Below, piece by piece: positions 61,582 through 64,000 of a stretch of 64,000 nucleotides of DNA (the first letter of the stretch is position 1; the number at the start of each line of letters is the position of its first letter). The stretch is from Octopus sinensis. Its lineage: Eukaryota. Made by a program: the position numbers and the translations under genes. The notes beneath the pieces were generated by a model, which saw only the letters and a program-made list of their open reading frames with translations, was not told the DNA's origin and did not search any database. Location of the stretch: the NCBI RefSeq assembly GCF_006345805.1, contig NC_043021.1:20708001-20772000 (forward strand). The letters are read 5' to 3'.

Positions 61582-64000
61582 AAAAATATTCCATTGCTAA
61601 AAGAAAGAAAAAAACAACAAAATCCAAAAAGCACGTTGCCGAATTTTACTGTTCCGAAAACAATCTATAAACTTCAAATTTACCCTCATGTCACCGACAG
61701 CATCTCTTCATTTAGAGAAGTGTCAAAAATCCAAAGTCTCTTGTATTTTATTTCAATAACCAACTCGCAAACCAAGTCATAATAATTGCCATTATGCAAG
61801 GAACAAAACAAAACAAAACAAAAAACAATCTTTGCGGAAAAAGTTAATTTGGGCGGTGTTTGGTTTCCGTAAGTAGTTTTAGTAAATCTTTACTCCCTAC
61901 TTTTAAAAACTGTAAATCTAAAAATGGCCGAAAGCGAAAACGTTGCCGAACGAGTGTGGGACAAAATAAATAAACTAAATAAAAAATTTAACCTTTGAAG
62001 TATTTTTTTAATATGCTGGCCATTGATAAAATTTCTTTTCGTAAAAAATTTCATCCTATATTAGATGTATATATATATATATTGTTAGCCACTACACACA
62101 TTTTTTTCTCTCCTTGTTTTTTCTGTGTACCTTTCTGTAGAAGAGCGTAGGCTCGAAACGTAAAAGACTTTTTCTATTTAACGGACTCTTCGTTTGCCGA
62201 ACGACATGCACGAATGATTTGTTTATTGTTATCAAATGTTCGTGCCGCATATGAGCTCCCCCTCTTCAAATTGACTTTATCTGAACAGGCACACGGTGTG
62301 CCACGCGTCAAGTGTTGAAGTGATCGTCGAACATCGCGAGATAAAAGTGATTCAAGGACCAAAATCGAAAATTCGAAATCTGAAGAACTTTCCATTATGA
62401 ACTAATTACATAATCTCCGCTCTATTCTTCTGTTGGGTTGCTAACTCGAGTTTCCGTTGTCAACAAATATTCACATTCTCTGTGTAATATTTAATTTCTT
62501 TAATAGGGCGAATGACGTCCTGTCCTGATTCCAACGCTATACCAATATCGAGGGGTCGCCAACCGTCCTCCCCGGCTGAAACTTAAAAAAAAAAATGGAG
62601 CGGGTACGAAGAGGTTGAATAAAAGTTTGGGCGTAACTTCGGTATAGGTACCGGAAGTACCAGATACATTTCAAGAAGTGTTGTTTTTTTTTATAAATAT
62701 GGGATGTTAGGAGAAAAGGGTTTCTGTTATCTCCAGAAATGTAAACAAAGCCACTTCCGGTACCTAAACCGAAGGATCGCCAAAGTTTGAAACTATCTTA
62801 ACCATATCTGTTTTTTCTTTTTGTATTTTTGATAGACTGTAAAAAACGGGGAAAAAATGTAACTCAAAAACCCAAAATAATCTTGGGTAAATAAAAATTT
62901 GAAAAGAAGAAAAAAAGGTGGCATTCTTTTGTTTTTGTTTTCTTTTCTATCGCAAAGTCTGTTGTGCTAAAAACGGGATTTGATATATATTATATATATA
63001 TATACACACATGTAAGAGCGAAGGTAAAGCGAATGTACACACTTTTTTTTTTTTTTCAAAATTTTTTTTTTTTAATATCTGTTTACGATATTGAAGAATA
63101 CGATTTTGTCCAAAAACCACGCTTTCAAAGTTTAATTTCTTAATTCTTCCACCCCAATTTCTCAATTATTAACTTTGTTTTCGAATTCTTTTTAATCCAT
63201 GTAGAAAAACAGAGATTACGAATCTGGGATTTAAAAAAAAAAAATTTAATCCCCCCTCCCCCACCCATCACCTCCCCGCTTTCAAAAAGCTCAAAATTCC
63301 CTTGATGTTTCACGCATTCAAAAATCTCAGACCATTACCAGAAAACCCGACATGCTAGAAACAGCAGCTAAACGACATTATTTCTGGAAAAACTTCCTCA
63401 CTTTCTAAAAAGTTAAAAGTGAAACATTGGGAGTTTTTAGCCTTTTGAAAGTGGGGAGCTGATGGATATTTGAAGTTGGACAAGGAATTTGAGTGTTTTT
63501 TCAAGAAAATTAAAAAAAAAATTCTCAAAGATTCGTAATCTCTCTATATGTCTACGTGGATTACAAGAAAGAGAAAAAAATCCAGCGATTAACTCCTCGA
63601 TTCTTTTGCGTGGGATCAGGTACCATGACCTCCTAATATGCTGCAAATCCCTTATTTTGGTTCGGAAGAAGAGGGGGACTCCCCGCTTCTCGGAATCATT
63701 GGAATTTTTTTTTTTGTTTCGTTGAATGAATTCCTGTGACCTAATATGCTACAAAACCCTTGTTGGGGTCCGAAAAACGGGGTGGGGTGAGGTGGAAGCC
63801 TCGGATATTTCAACCCCTACCCCCAATTGATCTTTTTACCCGCACGATTTTCACTAAGGAAAAAGAAAATAGTAATAAAAATCGGGCCAAACTAATTAAT
63901 TTTTGCGTGTGTGTGTGTTGAGAAAGATGAACGATTTAAAATAAATATATCTTAATTGTTGTGTGAGAAAGATATATTCTGATGATAAAATATTGTATCT

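Larger units (their letters stand above)
56394..64000. repeat. Tandem segmental duplication, unit C (runs off the window)
   Basis: Collinear with units A and B. Confidence 0.93.

Overview
AT-rich animal genomic DNA packed with tRNA-derived SINEs, MITEs and microsatellites; the repeat types suggest octopus or another coleoid cephalopod (inferred, not searched). Most ORFs in the track are microsatellite, SINE or antisense artefacts. (1) 1-3885: minus-strand Ty3/Gypsy LTR retrotransposon (gag-PR-RT-RH-IN) with an in-frame G_GGA_AAC -1 frameshift site. (2) Two spliced host genes invisible in the ORF track, rebuilt by hand from splice sites and codon phases: a 4-exon, ~121-aa CS/p23 (HSP20-like) domain gene on + (5229?-16730) and a MIF/D-dopachrome-tautomerase-family gene on - (32959-24348, 112 aa, MIF exon sizes). 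(3) Decayed Tc1/mariner, Merlin, CR1/L2, RTE, Helitron, Tx1/L1 and CRE-like elements. (4) Penelope-type short elements with minimal hammerhead-ribozyme motifs showing stem-I covariation. (5) From ~39.9 kb to the end, three copies of a ~6.6-8.3 kb tandem duplication. Each carries Tx1 and CRE-like RT fragments, an intronless ~130-aa ORF with a ParB/sulfiredoxin-like DNRRL motif and acidic tail, and a downstream sense hammerhead motif. Copies A and C of this ORF are identical over codons 1-71 and show only amino-acid-changing substitutions up to codon 106. This amplified ParB/Srx-like gene array is the best candidate for an undescribed system.
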